Positions 1 to 12,938 of a DNA stretch of 64,000 nucleotides are shown piece after piece. Under the pieces are notes generated by a model. It saw nothing but the letters and a program-made list of their open reading frames with translations, made no database searches and had not been told where the DNA came from. The DNA lies in NCBI RefSeq assembly GCF_003704095.1, contig NW_020846086.1, positions 558,001 to 622,000 on the forward strand, in the 5' to 3' direction. Source of the DNA: Pocillopora damicornis (taxonomy: Eukaryota). Position 1 is the first letter of the stretch. Each line of letters begins with the position of its first letter. Both the position numbers and the translations under genes were made by a program.

Positions 1-92
1 TCAAACAATTCACCAGTGATGTTTCCTACTTTAAGTTTGAAGCATTGGAGTGAATGAATGTGACCTTTGAGAAAATGTTTTTTTTTCCTTAA

Positions 93-296
93 CCCTTTAA
101 CCCCTAAGAGTGACTAGCATCTAATTTCTCCTTACAATATCACCACTGAATCACACATTAATGTCATGAGAATAAAGGAAATGATCACCAACTAAAGAAA
201 CTCTTGATTGTTAGACAAATTCTCCTTGTCAGCACCTTAGTAAATGTACAGAGAACAGTAAGGAGAATATGAATAATGATGTTGGGGTGTAAAGGG
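93..296. mobile_element. piggyBac-type MITE
   Basis: Termini CCCTTTA...TAAAGGG flanked by TTAA at 89-92 and 297-300; no ORF. Confidence 0.75.
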
Positions 297-352
297 TTAA
301 ACTTTTTAATAACTGTAACAACTACTAAAAAGTTGTTATTTGGTTTTCACAG

Positions 353-3300
353 AGGCTTGGGTTCCTGGTCTTCCATTCATATATTCATGCATATCACTTC
401 TTGGAGCCCTGATGCTTCTGCGTAAGTACTGTAACTGTAAATGTACCAATTAAAACATTACCTTGAGAGAGTTTTGTTGGACATGCAAGCTCATTATCCT
501 ACAGTTATTTAATCTGTGTTGTGATAATTAATCCAAAGTGCTTGTCAAATAAATGTTGTACAAGTTTTTCAAGGAGCTCTGTCACTTTTCTTTGGCTAGT
601 CTGCACACCTGTTGGATTTGCACGGATGTTCACTGTCCTGGGCCAATATGTGGTGAAACCTCAGGTAATCTTTTTACAACAATAGTAATCATTTTTCTGA
701 CAGCCTCGGAATGGTATCAGTAGAGAGTTACATAGAGGTGCATTTTGTAAGTGTATGTGTTGATGATCATGTTCAATGATCTTGTATCAGTAAAATTTAA
801 AGAAATATGAATCAGAAATGCATGTATGAAATGTTTCAAAATGAATAACCTCTGGCTGAAAAAAAATGCTGCAGCTGATCACAGAAATTATCTTACTCTT
901 GGCATATCACATATAACACTGCCCCCCACATGTTAGGGGGTAGTGTTGTTAATGAGTGACGTATTGATTTTTTATTAAAATTTACTGTAATTGCAACAAC
1001 CATGAGATTTCTTTATGTCTCAGAAGAAGAAATAAACTCAACATTGAGAGGAAATACAGTTGCTTTGATTATCATCTGAAGAAAAACAGACTTAAGTAAT
1101 TTTTCTTCACAGATATTCTCTAAAGTAATCTTTGAGACATTGTTGATTGTTGGAATGAACTGTGCAGACTAATCTATTGATAAGGCACTTTGATTAATAA
1201 CAGCTTTTCTTTGACCTTTTTTTATTTCCTTGATCTTTAGTTTCTTCGAGATCTGGACAATGAAAGAAGTGCCATAGAGTTAGAGGAAGAGAGTGTGAAA
1301 AGGAAAATGAATGGTATGAAGTTTTCTCTTTGTATTTTTAAATACAGTTGAACCTGTTTTAAGCAGCACTGTATTAAACAGTCACCTTGTCTTAAGTGGT
1401 TGGTTTCCAAAGTCCCAAATTTTTTTATCCCTTAATTTCTATAAATTTCACCTCCATTAAGTGGTCATAATCACCCTTGACTGAGTCCCAACGGCCTGTA
1501 TGTATCATTCTCCACCGTTATTTAGTGAGTTGTGATACAACTTCAAATTCTCTTTTGTTTAAAAGGAAATATGAGCCAATCTGAAAGGAGAATATAGAAT
1601 TCTATCAGAAGTCACTTAGGGTTTCTTTCAATTCACTCTTTCATTTTGTACGTGAGAAAGGTGTTAGGAATCATTTATATGGGTGTGTGTACTGCACAGG
1701 ACTAACTCCCTGTTCCCTTTGGTAGATCAAAATAAATACTTTATCAACTGTACTGTTGTTCTCTCATCAGTGATTATGGAATTTGAGGGTCGAATCTCAC
1801 CCAGCTATCTGGCTTCAATTTTTGGGTGCCCATCACCTCATTCTAAGGTTTTAAAGTTACTGTCAACCACTTTGTGCTTTGTAATTTTTCAGGTTATAGC
1901 AATGGAATGACCATGCACAATGGCATTGATCACAATCCAAATAAATTAAAACAACTGGAGGTTCAAAGACTGGAGCTTGGTCAGTAATTTAATTTCTCTC
2001 TTTTTCTTTTTAACACATGAGTTTGATCAGTAAAAGATGAACTGACATTTTTGCTTTAAAAGTAGATGACAGTTGTTTTAAGTCTTCAATAAATACTGGT
2101 CTAAAGCTGAACTGTTGTAATTTTATCATCTGTTTTTTTGATCATCAATTCTAGAAAGAAGCATCAGAGCATCATCGTTACAAAGAAATTGTGTTTATCC
2201 AATCCTACTTCTTACTCTGCTGCTTTTAACAGTGAGTTTACATTGCCACTNNNNNNNNNNNNNNNNNNNNNNNNNNNNNNNNNNNNNNNNNNNNNNNNNN
2301 NNNNNNNNNNNNNNNNNNNNNNNNNNNNNNNNNNNNNNNNNNNNNNNNNNGTGTTTCATGTTTCTAGGTGCTTGTGTTGGGTAAGGTATCCTCATCCATG
2401 ATGGGAACATTCGGCGCCCTTCTGGAGATCATTCTTATTTTGTATCCTTTCACTGTAGTGTTCAACTGATCGTTTTTATGTATTTGCTTGTTAGTTCATT
2501 CATACATTTGTATGTTTTTCCCCTTAAATTCGTTCGCTAACATAAGCAAAAACATTCAGTGTAAGTGCTGCCTGGGAATTTTAAAGGATTATTGGTGCTT
2601 CACGGACCAGTACTTTTATGAGTGAACACACAGATTAAATCCTTCCACTGATAGACCTGTCCATTCTCATTACGTGTTCGTAGGGTAGTGTATTGTTATG
2701 TTTGGGAGAAGCAAGATGTTCGAATCGCTTCTTGAAACCCAAGGGTTTTTCTTCTATTATTTTTGCACTTTAATGAATGGAATTATTTGCTGTATGAGCG
2801 TTGGATTCGTCAGTCAGTCCAGACAGGGCACCTTAACTTTCCTCAGTTATTTAATGCTTGCGTCACTAGTAGGCCTGTACAGCGTTCCATACTTTTCACG
2901 CCTGCGTCCTGCAGTACGCGAAACTACCACGACCAAGGTAAGCGAACTAGATTGTTTAAAAATTTAATAAGGATATCTAAGCTTGATGCGTACCTTTAGA
3001 TCGATGGTGCTGTGTTTTATTTGGGCTACACCACGTACTCCGGTTATTCCTCGGAGCTCTCGGTAAAATAGACTACAGAAACTTTACGTTCTATCAAGTG
3101 CAATGCAGTGGAGAAATAAACCCGAGGTGATGAGAACTAATAAGATTGTGTAACACTTTTGGCTACTGAGCTAAGCTCCGATCACGAATGAAAAGGTTGC
3201 AGCTTGCTCATTGATCGCCGAGCGTACGGACTTTCGCGGGAATTTGAGGCGCCAAATTTTCTCTACTCGCCATGGCCACCGAAATTTTCGCAAATTGAGC

Positions 3301-4232
3301 GTCCTTCAGGGCGAATTTTCAACTTTACGCCAAGTCTCATCTTGAAATAGAGAGCCAGGGGCAGTTACTCAGTTTTTTATATCGTTTGTTGTTCTAATTT
3401 CAGGTGATTGCCAACTGTATAGTCTTATTGATCCTTAGTTCAGCTTTACCAGTTCTGTCCAGAACACTTGGTAAGTCAGTAATTAAGGTCTTTTTAAATA
3501 ATTTCATGGCTGACCCCGAGTCGTTCATACTTAATAATAGCTCCATAGTCCTTAAATTTGAGAAATTTACCTCGCAACACGTTTAATGTCAACATCACTC
3601 AATAAATTATAACTATTGGACAACATTTCAATACAAAACAACTATAATTTCTTAGTTATCCGTTAAATATCTTTTACTCTATAAACCTAAACCTGCTTGA
3701 GCATCTTGTATCTGTAAAAAGGCGAAGCTGAAGTCAGCTAACTAACTTCATGATCCTTTCGTAAAGATAGAGCAGTTTTTAGTCGAAAGTAATTCGGTAC
3801 TGCTTTGTTTTGCTTTACTTCGTCATGTGATTGGTCCAAAAAATTCGCGCCACTTTCTCAACCAATCAGATTTCAAACTAAAAATCAATCGCGACTTGGT
3901 TAGTCGCGTTTTCCCGCGCTTCAGGCAGTTTGCTTTTTTTAAATTGATATTTCCTTCCTATGATTTACAACACTCAATCTAACCAGCTTTTGACTTGTTT
4001 CAACATTTCAGGTATAACCAAGTTTGACTTGATGGGCGAGTTTGGCCGGCTTGACTGGCTCGGTAATTTTCGTGTGGTCATCCTATATAACCTGGTGTTT
4101 GAAGTATCTACTGCTTTCTGTTTGGTTAACAAGTTTACAGCTTCGGTGAGACACGCTTTGTACGAACAGGTTCACGTTCCAACTGTACAGTTCTTCCGGC
4201 GATTTCAACCCAAAGTGAAAGCGTCGGCTTAA
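353..4232 (+). CDS. LMBR1: LMBR1/LMBR1L-family membrane protein, 3' part (5' exons lie outside the window; probably one exon lost in the gap at 2251-2350)
   Basis: GT-AG exons 353-421, 600-664, 1241-1313, 1893-1979, 2155-2231, 2368-2441, 2847-2937, 3404-3470, 4012-4232. They translate to LPFIYSCISLLGALMLLLCTPVGFARMFTVLGQYVVKPQ...LQRNCVYP...GALLEIILIFYLMLASLVGLYS...VIANCIVLLILSSALPVLSRTLGITKFDLMGEFGRLDWLGNF, which matches the LMBR1 C-terminal half as I recall it. Confidence 0.92.
1345..1750. mobile_element. Tc1/mariner (pogo-like) non-autonomous element in an LMBR1 intron
   Basis: TA-CAGTTGA...TCAACTG-TA: short terminal inverted repeats with a TA duplication. Confidence 0.55.
2442..2846 (+). 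other. U12-type (minor spliceosome) GT-AG intron
   Basis: 5' site GTATCCTTT; branch point CCTTAAC at 2831-2837, 9 nt before the 3' end; no long polypyrimidine tract; splicing restores the ILIF-YLM frame. Confidence 0.9.
3770..3935. repeat. Interspersed repeat; a related copy lies in the opposite orientation at ~53560-53730
   Basis: Shared motifs GATTGGT...AACCAATCAGA and TTTTCCCGCGCTTCAG versus CTGAAGCGCGGGAAAA. Confidence 0.55.
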
Positions 4233-6981
4233 AGGGACGTGGTATTGTTCTTTCAAAGGCTCAAAGACTGAGTTCGGTACCATAAGTAGTTGGAATCAAG
4301 AAGTTTATTTCCCGCATGTCATGTCGAGGTCTGAAGTTAAAGAGGAACGAAACTTTGCCGATCATGTGAACGCAGTGACGAATGACAACGAAATTATCCG
4401 AACATTGAATTGCATTGAAGACTTAATAATGGAGCTACCACAGATGACACGCAACAAGACGAAACTGAGTTGATATGAAGGAATTTGAATTCATAACGTC
4501 GTCGGAACAGTTTTTATAGATATACCGGTGATTTTGTGTTCGTGATCTGGAGTCTACACAGAGTTTAGAAGTACGTAGAACTCTTAAGACTGATACAGTT
4601 TGGTTCAAGATATAGAGAAAGCAGTAAATCTTTCATTATTCTTTCTCTTTAGTGAGTATAGGCACCACAGAGGATCACGTAGTCAACCATTTTGTTTCTT
4701 GGAAGATCCTTCTTGGTTGCATAAACAAGGCCGAAACAGGACTTGTAAATGACGAGGATATAAGCCTGTGATTTCAACAGGAAGATTAGGAAAAAAATTA
4801 AATTCCTGAACTTTTTTTTTTCTACTAGATTGAAATAACTTAATTAATGGGTCAACTTTGATGTTAGTCGTTCGTTGATTTTATTTATTTCTTTCTCATC
4901 GTTGTTCCTGCTCAGAACGAATTTTTGCAGTCTGGGCGTGAGTCATGCTTACATTCTGACTTAACTATACACAAGCCTAGTTATAGAATAGAAATAGGAA
5001 ATATGCAATTTAACGTATGTACAGTTGAATTTTGTTACCGTAAAGTTTCGTGATAACTTTATTCTGGTAATAAACAGAACAAAAAAAATTTAGATTTCTG
5101 TTTTAGAATTCCCGAATTAGAATATGCAATTTAGAACATATTAATTCTACTGAAGATAGTTGATGAGCTATCAGGGATTTGTTTTCATAAATGTACCACA
5201 TAACTAATCGACTAAAGATGTATTTTCTTAGAGAGGTTCATTAGCTTCCCTTTTTGGCCTTAAAATCTTCGCCAAAGGCTCTGCAGGGTGCGAAAAGTAA
5301 TAGACAAGGGAGTTTGAAAATTATGGTAAATTGTAATTCACCAGGGCAGGAGGAGACTTATCACTCGCGTTTTCCCGTGGCTCAGGCAATTTGCTTAACG
5401 CTCCATCAGGTAGCGCTGGAGTATGTTTTCATAGAATGGTGATCAACTGACGAGGTCTTGGGTGAAACTAGTTTTAATTTGTAAATCGCGTAGGCACTGT
5501 TTGTGTGTCGAAACTAAACGCGAATCAGGATAACATGTTTTGATTCTTTTTTTAAATTTTTTAAACGTTTACTCTGGCAGTAGTTTGATGCTCTACCTAT
5601 ACCTGAAATAGCCAGATCTCAAAATCGCTTTCTACTCCAATTTTTCAATTTGGATGTATCAGCAAGATGCGGTTGCACAGTTTACGAAACTTGTGTTGGG
5701 CAGGTACTGGGATTGCAATATTTAGCAAGCTTGACAGAGTTATGCTTGCTTTCTTTAAGATGCCTTGTTTGGCGTACCTAATACTGGAGTTTTTTACCTG
5801 CGACAATGCTTCATTGTTCTCTGAAATGCTGTTCTAACCACCTGATAGGAATTTGTGAGATAGGTACCAGCGGCGGTTACACTAAAGGAAACTATTGGGG
5901 CGGTAATACGAATACATGTTTAATTTTTTTCCTATAGCTGTATTCAACTTGATATTTTGTAAAATCAATAGTAAGAAAAAAAACTTCTCTTTATTTACGA
6001 AGGGCTAACACTCGCAACGTCACTTTTCATACTCTTTACGGTAGCCAATTTACGTCATCAACTTATTTGATAATACTAAATAACCCTCTTCTACAAGAAG
6101 ACGGACCAAGCGCTGAAAAGCAACAGACTTATTTATATTATTACAAAAAGATTGGACTGTACACGGCTGTGCTTCGTACAAGAAAAAAAGAAGTTTACGT
6201 CCATCCTCAGTCCCTAAATTCGACATTCAGTGTGCTCACTTTTTCCGGAGCAGCCTGCTCGAATGACGTAAATCGAGAGCGAACAGAGGATAACAAGCAA
6301 GAATTTTGATTAAGTTTAAAATAAGTAAAAAAAAGGGAACAAATTTGCTATTTACATTGATATTTAACGGATAATTAAGAAATTATAGTTGTTTTGTATT
6401 TAAATGTTGTCCAATAGCTCTAATTTATTGAGTGATGTTGACATTAAACGTGTTGTGAGGTAAATTTCTCAAATTTAAGGAATATGGAGCTATTAGTAAG
6501 TATGAACGACTCTCGGCAACTTCCAAATGTGAGCGGGAGAGCGCGCTAAGAATTCGTTTCGTAAGCGCATTGTCCGCATTTAAAACAAGTATCGTGCGAA
6601 TTATTGATCAGCTCTGGATAAGATAGAATGAAATGTAGCAGTAGCAAAGACAGAAATTGGGTGTGACGTTCGAGAACAAGTAACAAATAGCCGCTTCTGC
6701 TTATCGAGGTTTGGAAAGAGGACAAGAGGCTTGAACTGCGTTGAAACCGCTCATAAAATTAATTCTGAAGACCACAAAAGCGTTTTGGGGAAAGACTGCT
6801 GGCATTTAATCGAAATTCAGCGCAGCTGTCCGGCGCATATGAGATACATAGTTGACTACCAAATAATCATATGATCTTAACAAGCGATCGGGATTGCCCG
6901 GAACTCTATTGTCTGTTCTCTGCTTGTACATTTGATGTACAGTTCAGTTCCATTGGATATTCGCAACGGCAGGCAGCCTGA

Positions 6982-6983
6982 GT

Positions 6984-7015
<32 letters not shown>

Positions 7016-7133
7016 TTGCGTCGGTGGAGTGTATGGTAGGTAATTAAGTGTTAACGACTGAGTTGAAAACGTAAATTGGCCACCGTAAAGGGTAAAAAAG
7101 CTGACGTTTCGAGCGTTAGCCCCTCGTCAGAGT
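6982..7133 (-). mobile_element. Penelope/retrozyme-type short repeat that carries a hammerhead motif; relatives at 5995-6087 (+, degenerate) and 45576-45691 (truncated)
   Basis: Shared blocks GTTTCTAAAGAAACTGTGGTG and AATTGGCCACCGTAAAG among the copies; hammerhead core at one end. Confidence 0.6.
7099..7133 (-). ncRNA. Minimal type I hammerhead ribozyme motif
   Basis: Minus strand reads act-CTGACGA-g-GGGC-taac-GCTC-GAAAC-GTC-agct: CUGANGA box, stem II, GAAA box, palindromic minimal stem III, GUC cleavage triplet and a short stem I. Confidence 0.65.
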
Positions 7134-7643
7134 GAGTAAATTTCCATTTATAAGGACAAACTGCGACTAATTAGAGCCCATCGAGAACCCACATGACAGC
7201 TCTAATGCGACCTAAGTAATTTATGCCATTAGGTAAGTATATGTCCTTCAAACAAAAGCCATTCTGCGCCAGACATGCAGCGAAGCAGAAAGTCATGATC
7301 CACTTGAACGACCCGGCCTGATGACAACGTGACGCATTGCGTGACTACTACACTAAAAATGTTTCTTATATTCTGACTGACAGACATTGTACGGTGAGGT
7401 CATTTTACCGGATTGAATTTGGCATTCATTTAAACTGTTTCTATATGTGTGTTTTTACTTAGAAAAACAGTTGAATGTTCCGCGGAACTTAATTGAGCAT
7501 TTACCAAGCTATTGTTTAGAAGCTAATTGCAATTATTTACCGTAACATAACTGATACCTACCTGAATATATTAATGAGGAATTTTTCAGACTCGGAAAGT
7601 TTTGATTTTATCATAGACACCCCAGCTTTCCCAGATTGTGTCA

Positions 7644-8435
7644 GAAGCTGAATATGTACTCAATCACATCGACTTAGCTTTGCTCTTTGAGGCAGTCCTT
7701 GAATCCGCTCCTCAATTTATAATTCAGTTGTACGCCATCATTGTTCAGGAGGAGCCAGCTACAATCATTCAAATCATTCCTCTACCTATCTCTTTCAACA
7801 CTCTGGCATGGGCCTTCACAGCCACTGATAAGGCGTCTCTTGCCGAGCGCGAAATAACACCAAGTAGCGGTGCCCTGAAGGTTAAACATCAACTAGCATT
7901 GTATGTAACTTACTTACTTCTTCTGAGCAGTCGACTGTTCACCATCTGCTATTTCACTGTCAGCTACAAGTGGGAGATCATTGGCGTGTTGATGTTTCAT
8001 TCTTGTGCCGTAGTAATAGCGACTGTTATTCAGAATAGAGACGAAGTTGGCTGTAATGCCAGCTACGTTTTCTCTACTATATTGTTTATGGGCATTCACT
8101 GTCTAAGAGATGACTTTGTTGAATTATCGATTGGTGTACAAGTGGTCTAACCATGAGTGTGTATTTCTCACATATTTTTTTTGTATTAGAAAACTTCTTT
8201 ATGATCCTGATGTTTTATTTCACTTATAACCCCAATGCTTGGTACTCTTTACCTGTCACTGTGAGTGTTTGTGTATTCAGTGTTCTTGGCTCCACAATGA
8301 GAGTTTGTGTATTTAGGTGGCTATGCAAGAAATTTGCCGGCGGTTCACCAGCTGCGAACAGCGGTGATGTGAATGCATGTGACGAACGGTGATGTGAATA
8401 CATGTGTTGTGAATTATTATGTTAGTTCAGTGTGA
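7644..8435 (+). pseudogene. XK-related pseudogene 1 (5'-deleted, frameshifted)
   Basis: Retains LFEAVLESAPQFIIQLYAI. A deletion fuses the upstream module directly to about codon 117, so the start is lost. There is a 4-nt deletion near 8142 and a ~25-nt duplication near 8385. Confidence 0.85.
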
Positions 8436-11400
8436 TTTAGCAATTTGGTAATTTAGTAATTTAGATTTACTGATTTGACCTGTAGCCGCACTATCTGAAT
8501 TTTTGAGGTCCCATGTTATTTGGGTTTAAGCTGTCGAGATGAGTTACCGAATCGTGACTTTATTGTTTAGCTTCCATCAATGGACGTGCTTAGTTTGTCT
8601 CCTGACCTTGCCTTGGACTTTCACGAAAGTTTTTGTTTTGGTTTACGTAGTCAAATATTGCTTTCCTTTGATCAGAAGCATTAAGTACGTCATTGTTCAT
8701 TTGTGAGATTTCGTCGTAAAAGCGTTTTCTAATAACAGAAACTGTTTAATCTTGCGAAGTTAGTTGGCCAGCATGCCTACTCAGGCGTACTGATATCGAA
8801 TACAAAAGCATGCTCTTTTGAGTTTACTTAGTAGATATTGGCATTGAGTAACAAGTCAGTAGTCAGTAGAAAATAAAGGAAAGATAATCAAAGTGCGAGC
8901 ATCAAAAAGACATAAATCAGAATTTGAGTCAGACGTGAGTAGTTTAAAGCTATGATTGATCACAACTATTTGTTAGATCTTTAGTTATCTTTAGCAGTTT
9001 CGTGTTTCACCTATTTTCATATATCGATAAAAGATGCTAAGCCGGCGGGCACAAAAAATGTGACAGATAATTTCAAATTTGTAACACAATCTGTAGAAGA
9101 TATAAAATAAACACATAACAAGCAGCGAGTATTGGATGAAGTTAGAAAATTAGCGAAATAGAAAGCCACAATATTATAATTTAATATTTCAAAAGTACAT
9201 TGAGTGCTTTTTCCGTAGAGAATCCGCACGATGGTAAAACATTCGGAAATTACACTCGATTTGAGTGGGGCGTTGAAGTGGGCGTGGTCACTATATTCAT
9301 GTTAAGACTATTTGTACCCCATGAGTTTGATATGATGGTCACAACTATTTCATTAGATCTTTAGGTGTCTTTAGTAGTTTCGTGTTTTCACTTATTTTCA
9401 TATATTGGTAAGATTTTTTGCGGGCACAAAAGATGTGACAGAAGAAGAAAGAAACCGTAGAAGAAATAAAATAAACACATAACAAGCAGCGAGTATTGGA
9501 TGGATAGAATGGAATAGCACATAATTATCAAAATACTCGATTTAAGCTTCGAGCTAGTGGTTTAGAAGTTTTACATAAATAGTTTATGTTTATAAATGTA
9601 CGATTTTTAGGGATGAATTGTTTTGAAAGAAAGATGTTGATTTGTGTTCCTCAACTTCGAGGTGGGTAACTTCCCTCAGTAAATAAAACTTATCTAAAGC
9701 TGTGTACAAGTTGATATTGTGCAAGATCAAAATTATGATAAAAGTTATCTAAACAGTCACTCAAAGGGCTTAGGGGTGCTTATACTTTCCTATGGTGGCC
9801 TTTAGATTTACCCGACACTTCGTTCTACCAAAGATAAAATGTGTAGGATAATATTCGTAATTTGTCAGCTACAATTGTATGCTTAACCACCAACGACAAA
9901 ATCATTCACTGCACTGAAAAATGAAACTACCTGATTTTTTTTTTCGATCAAAGTTGATTCAGCCTTCAACTCGATTACAACGATGACAAATTTGTTCGCA
10001 TCAGAGACTTTCTCTTTACATCAAAAGTAACCGATTACGATGGGTTTTTATACAATTGCTTTGCAATTACGAACTATTCAATGCTGACTTATCTAGACGT
10101 TGTTTCTCCTAAAAACATTTATGAAGGTATTTTCTTACCGATCTTCTTGTGTGTTTCACTCGGAGAAACGACAATAACACGTAAAAGTCATTAGTTGACT
10201 CAAAATAAGGAAAATGTTTCATCTATTGTTAATCTTCTGAAAGAAAATTCTGTCGAACATTTTAATAAAATGAGAGTCTGGATAGGATATCATATGGGGA
10301 CAGGTGGGAGTACAGAATGGTGAAAAAAGGAAGGAAGTGGAGGTGAAGGATATGAAGAATGTGTAACGAGAGGAGGTAAAGGAGGAGAAGTCTGGGAACG
10401 ACGCTTTTTACTGCCGCGTCTTGTATCTGTAATTGCGTGATAAATAATTCGTGCAGGAAACTGATGCGTGGAGGACTAATTTCACCTGGCTTTCAGTAGT
10501 AAATTTTCAAATGATGATCGATCATTTTCAGTTGTCAAGGATTAATTACCTCTTAGATTGCATGCTATATGCGTTTTTCCCTCAGTCTCTTTTACAAAAA
10601 GACGGACTAAGTACTGAAAAGCAACAGACTCATTCGCGTTACTACAAAAAGGTTGGACAGTACTCAGCTGTGCCTCATAAAAGAAAACTAAAGTTCATGT
10701 CTGTCCTCAGTCACTTGATTCGACATTCAGTGTTGTGCTCACTTTTTCTGGAGCAGCCTGCTCGAATGGCATAAATCGAGAGGGAAGAGAATAACAAGCA
10801 AGAATTTTGATGTAACAGAAAAAAACCGGAAAATTTTGTTTTTTAGTAAAAAATTATGGTTGTTCTTAAATGTTGTTCAATAGTTATAACTTATTGAGTG
10901 ATGTTGACATTAAACGTATATAGTACTATCTCAAAGTATGTGGCGAAGCAGAAAGTCATGATCACCTTGAACGACCCTGATGCCGACAACGTGAAGCATT
11001 GCTTGAGTACCGCACTAAATGTTTGTATTCTAACCGACAGGCTTTTATGGTAAGGTCAGTTTACCGGATTGAATTTTACATTGGTTTCAACTCATTTTTC
11101 CATATGTGAATTTTTACTTGGAAAAACAGTTGAATGTTCCGTACAGCTTAGTTAAGCATTTACTCTGCTACGAATTTAAGATTTTGATTAATGGTGTAGA
11201 TCTTTTTATTATCTCGTACTACGACTCATGCCTACCTAATGAAATTAAAACGTGTATTACAGGGTTCGTTATCAGTCAGTCTTTCAGAGTAAGACGGACA
11301 TTAAGTAACAGTCGCCCGTATTCAAAAAACCAGGAAGAGTCAGAGTAATTAAAGGGCGATTTCGTTGTAACTAGAATTGTATTAGAAGAAACCGTAAAAA

Positions 11401-11816
11401 GGTCAAGTCGAGAGTCGTTGATGCCTTTTCCAAGGCGAGGTTCACTCTGCACCTAGTTTTCCTCCAAAACACGCGACAACTTAACAGTAATATTTACTAT
11501 TGTATAATTAACATTTTTGAGACGCGGAAATTTTCTATTGTACACTCCAGCTCTTCAAGACTGCGTCACAAAGAATATCCGGAGAACCAATACGTTCCCA
11601 ATATTTTGCAATAAAGTTAATACAGACGTGCAGCAATACCTCCTTCCGTGACCTTAAGAGTGAAATCAGACTAACCAAAGGAAACTTTGCAGTTTTTCAG
11701 TCGAAAGCTGAGCGCAAAAGCTTCTAATTACGAACAGTGCAGAAATCTATTTCATTAACTGAGCCTGTGTCAATATAAAGCGACTTATTACACGAACTAA
11801 CGAAACGTCCGTCGAT

Positions 11817-12938
11817 ATGAAAGAGAAACATCTTAAGTGGTACAGTCCTTTCGTGTTCCTTGTTGGAGCTATGTTAAGTTTTGCTGATCTTATCACCGAT
11901 ATACTTACACTGTTAGAATTCTACCGCGCGAATCACAAAGTATGGTTTGGTGTGGGGCTTACTTTTGTTTTATTGCCATGTTTGGCGTTTCCAGTAGTGT
12001 TCTACCTGTCGCGTACCAGTAGATCACACCTTTCACCTTCTAATTGGGCAAGAACTGCTCTTTGCGCATTGCATCCATTTTCAGCAGCCTTCGCAAGACT
12101 AGAAGCTTTACTTCTCACTCTCAAGAAATGGCGGTATGAAGATGAAATCGACCTCTACTTTAAAGACAAAGCTGAAGATCTATTCAGTTACATTGACTTA
12201 GTTGTACTCTTTGAGGCAGTCCTTGAGTGTGCTCCACAATTTATAATTCAGTTGTACGCCATCAGTGTTCAGGAGGAACCAGCTGCAATTATCCAAATCA
12301 TTTCTCTACCTATCTCTTTCCTCACTCTGGCATGGGCCTTCACAGCCACTGATAAGATGTCTCTTGTAGCGAACCATATAATGCCAAGTAGCAGTTATCT
12401 GAATGTTAAACACAAACTAGTATTGTATGCAACTCACTTGCTCCTCCTGAGCAGTCGACTGTTCGCCATCTGTTATTTCACCGTCAGCTACAAGTGGTGG
12501 GTTATTGGTGTATTAATGGTTCATTGTTGTGTGATGGTAATAGCGACTGTTATTCAGCATAGAGATAAAGTTTGCTGTAATGCCTCTAAAGTTTTCGTTA
12601 CTTTATTGTTCATGGGCATTCACAGTCTAAGAGATGACTTTACACATATTACGATAAGAGTAGACGTAAATGGTGTAAATAGGAATGTATATTTCTCACA
12701 TATTTTGTTTGTATTAGAAAACTTCTTTATGATCCTGATGTTTTATTTCACTCACCCCAACGCTTGGTACTCTTTACCTGTCACTGTGTGTGTTTGTGTG
12801 TTCAGTGTTCTTGGATCCACAATGAGAATTTGCCTATTTCGTTGGCTTAGCAAGAGACCTGCCGAACAGCTCAGCAGCTGTGATGACAGCAGTAATGTGA
12901 ATGCTAGTGTTGAGAAGTGTTATGAAAGTTCAGTATAA
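11817..12938 (+). CDS. XK-related protein (XKR/CED-8 scramblase family), 373 aa, copy A
   Basis: Intact single-exon ORF with XK motifs D-x-x-T-D in TM1, E-x-x-L-E-x-x-P-Q, SSRLFAI and LEN; multiple TM helices; ends YESSV. Confidence 0.9.
   Translation: MKEKHLKWYSPFVFLVGAMLSFADLITDILTLLEFYRANHKVWFGVGLTFVLLPCLAFPVVFYLSRTSRSHLSPSNWARTALCALHPFSAAFARLEALLLTLKKWRYEDEIDLYFKDKAEDLFSYIDLVVLFEAVLECAPQFIIQLYAISVQEEPAAIIQIISLPISFLTLAWAFTATDKMSLVANHIMPSSSYLNVKHKLVLYATHLLLLSSRLFAICYFTVSYKWWVIGVLMVHCCVMVIATVIQHRDKVCCNASKVFVTLLFMGIHSLRDDFTHITIRVDVNGVNRNVYFSHILFVLENFFMILMFYFTHPNAWYSLPVTVCVCVFSVLGSTMRICLFRWLSKRPAEQLSSCDDSSNVNASVEKCYESSV

Noticed and set aside
5442-5480. Second hammerhead-like motif CTGACGA...GAAAC
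   Set aside because: Stem II cannot pair adequately (GGTCTTGGGT) and stem I is weak; degenerate at best.
7638-8392. Two ORFs (170 aa and 79 aa) as separate genes
   Set aside because: They are frameshifted halves of one 5'-deleted XKR pseudogene.
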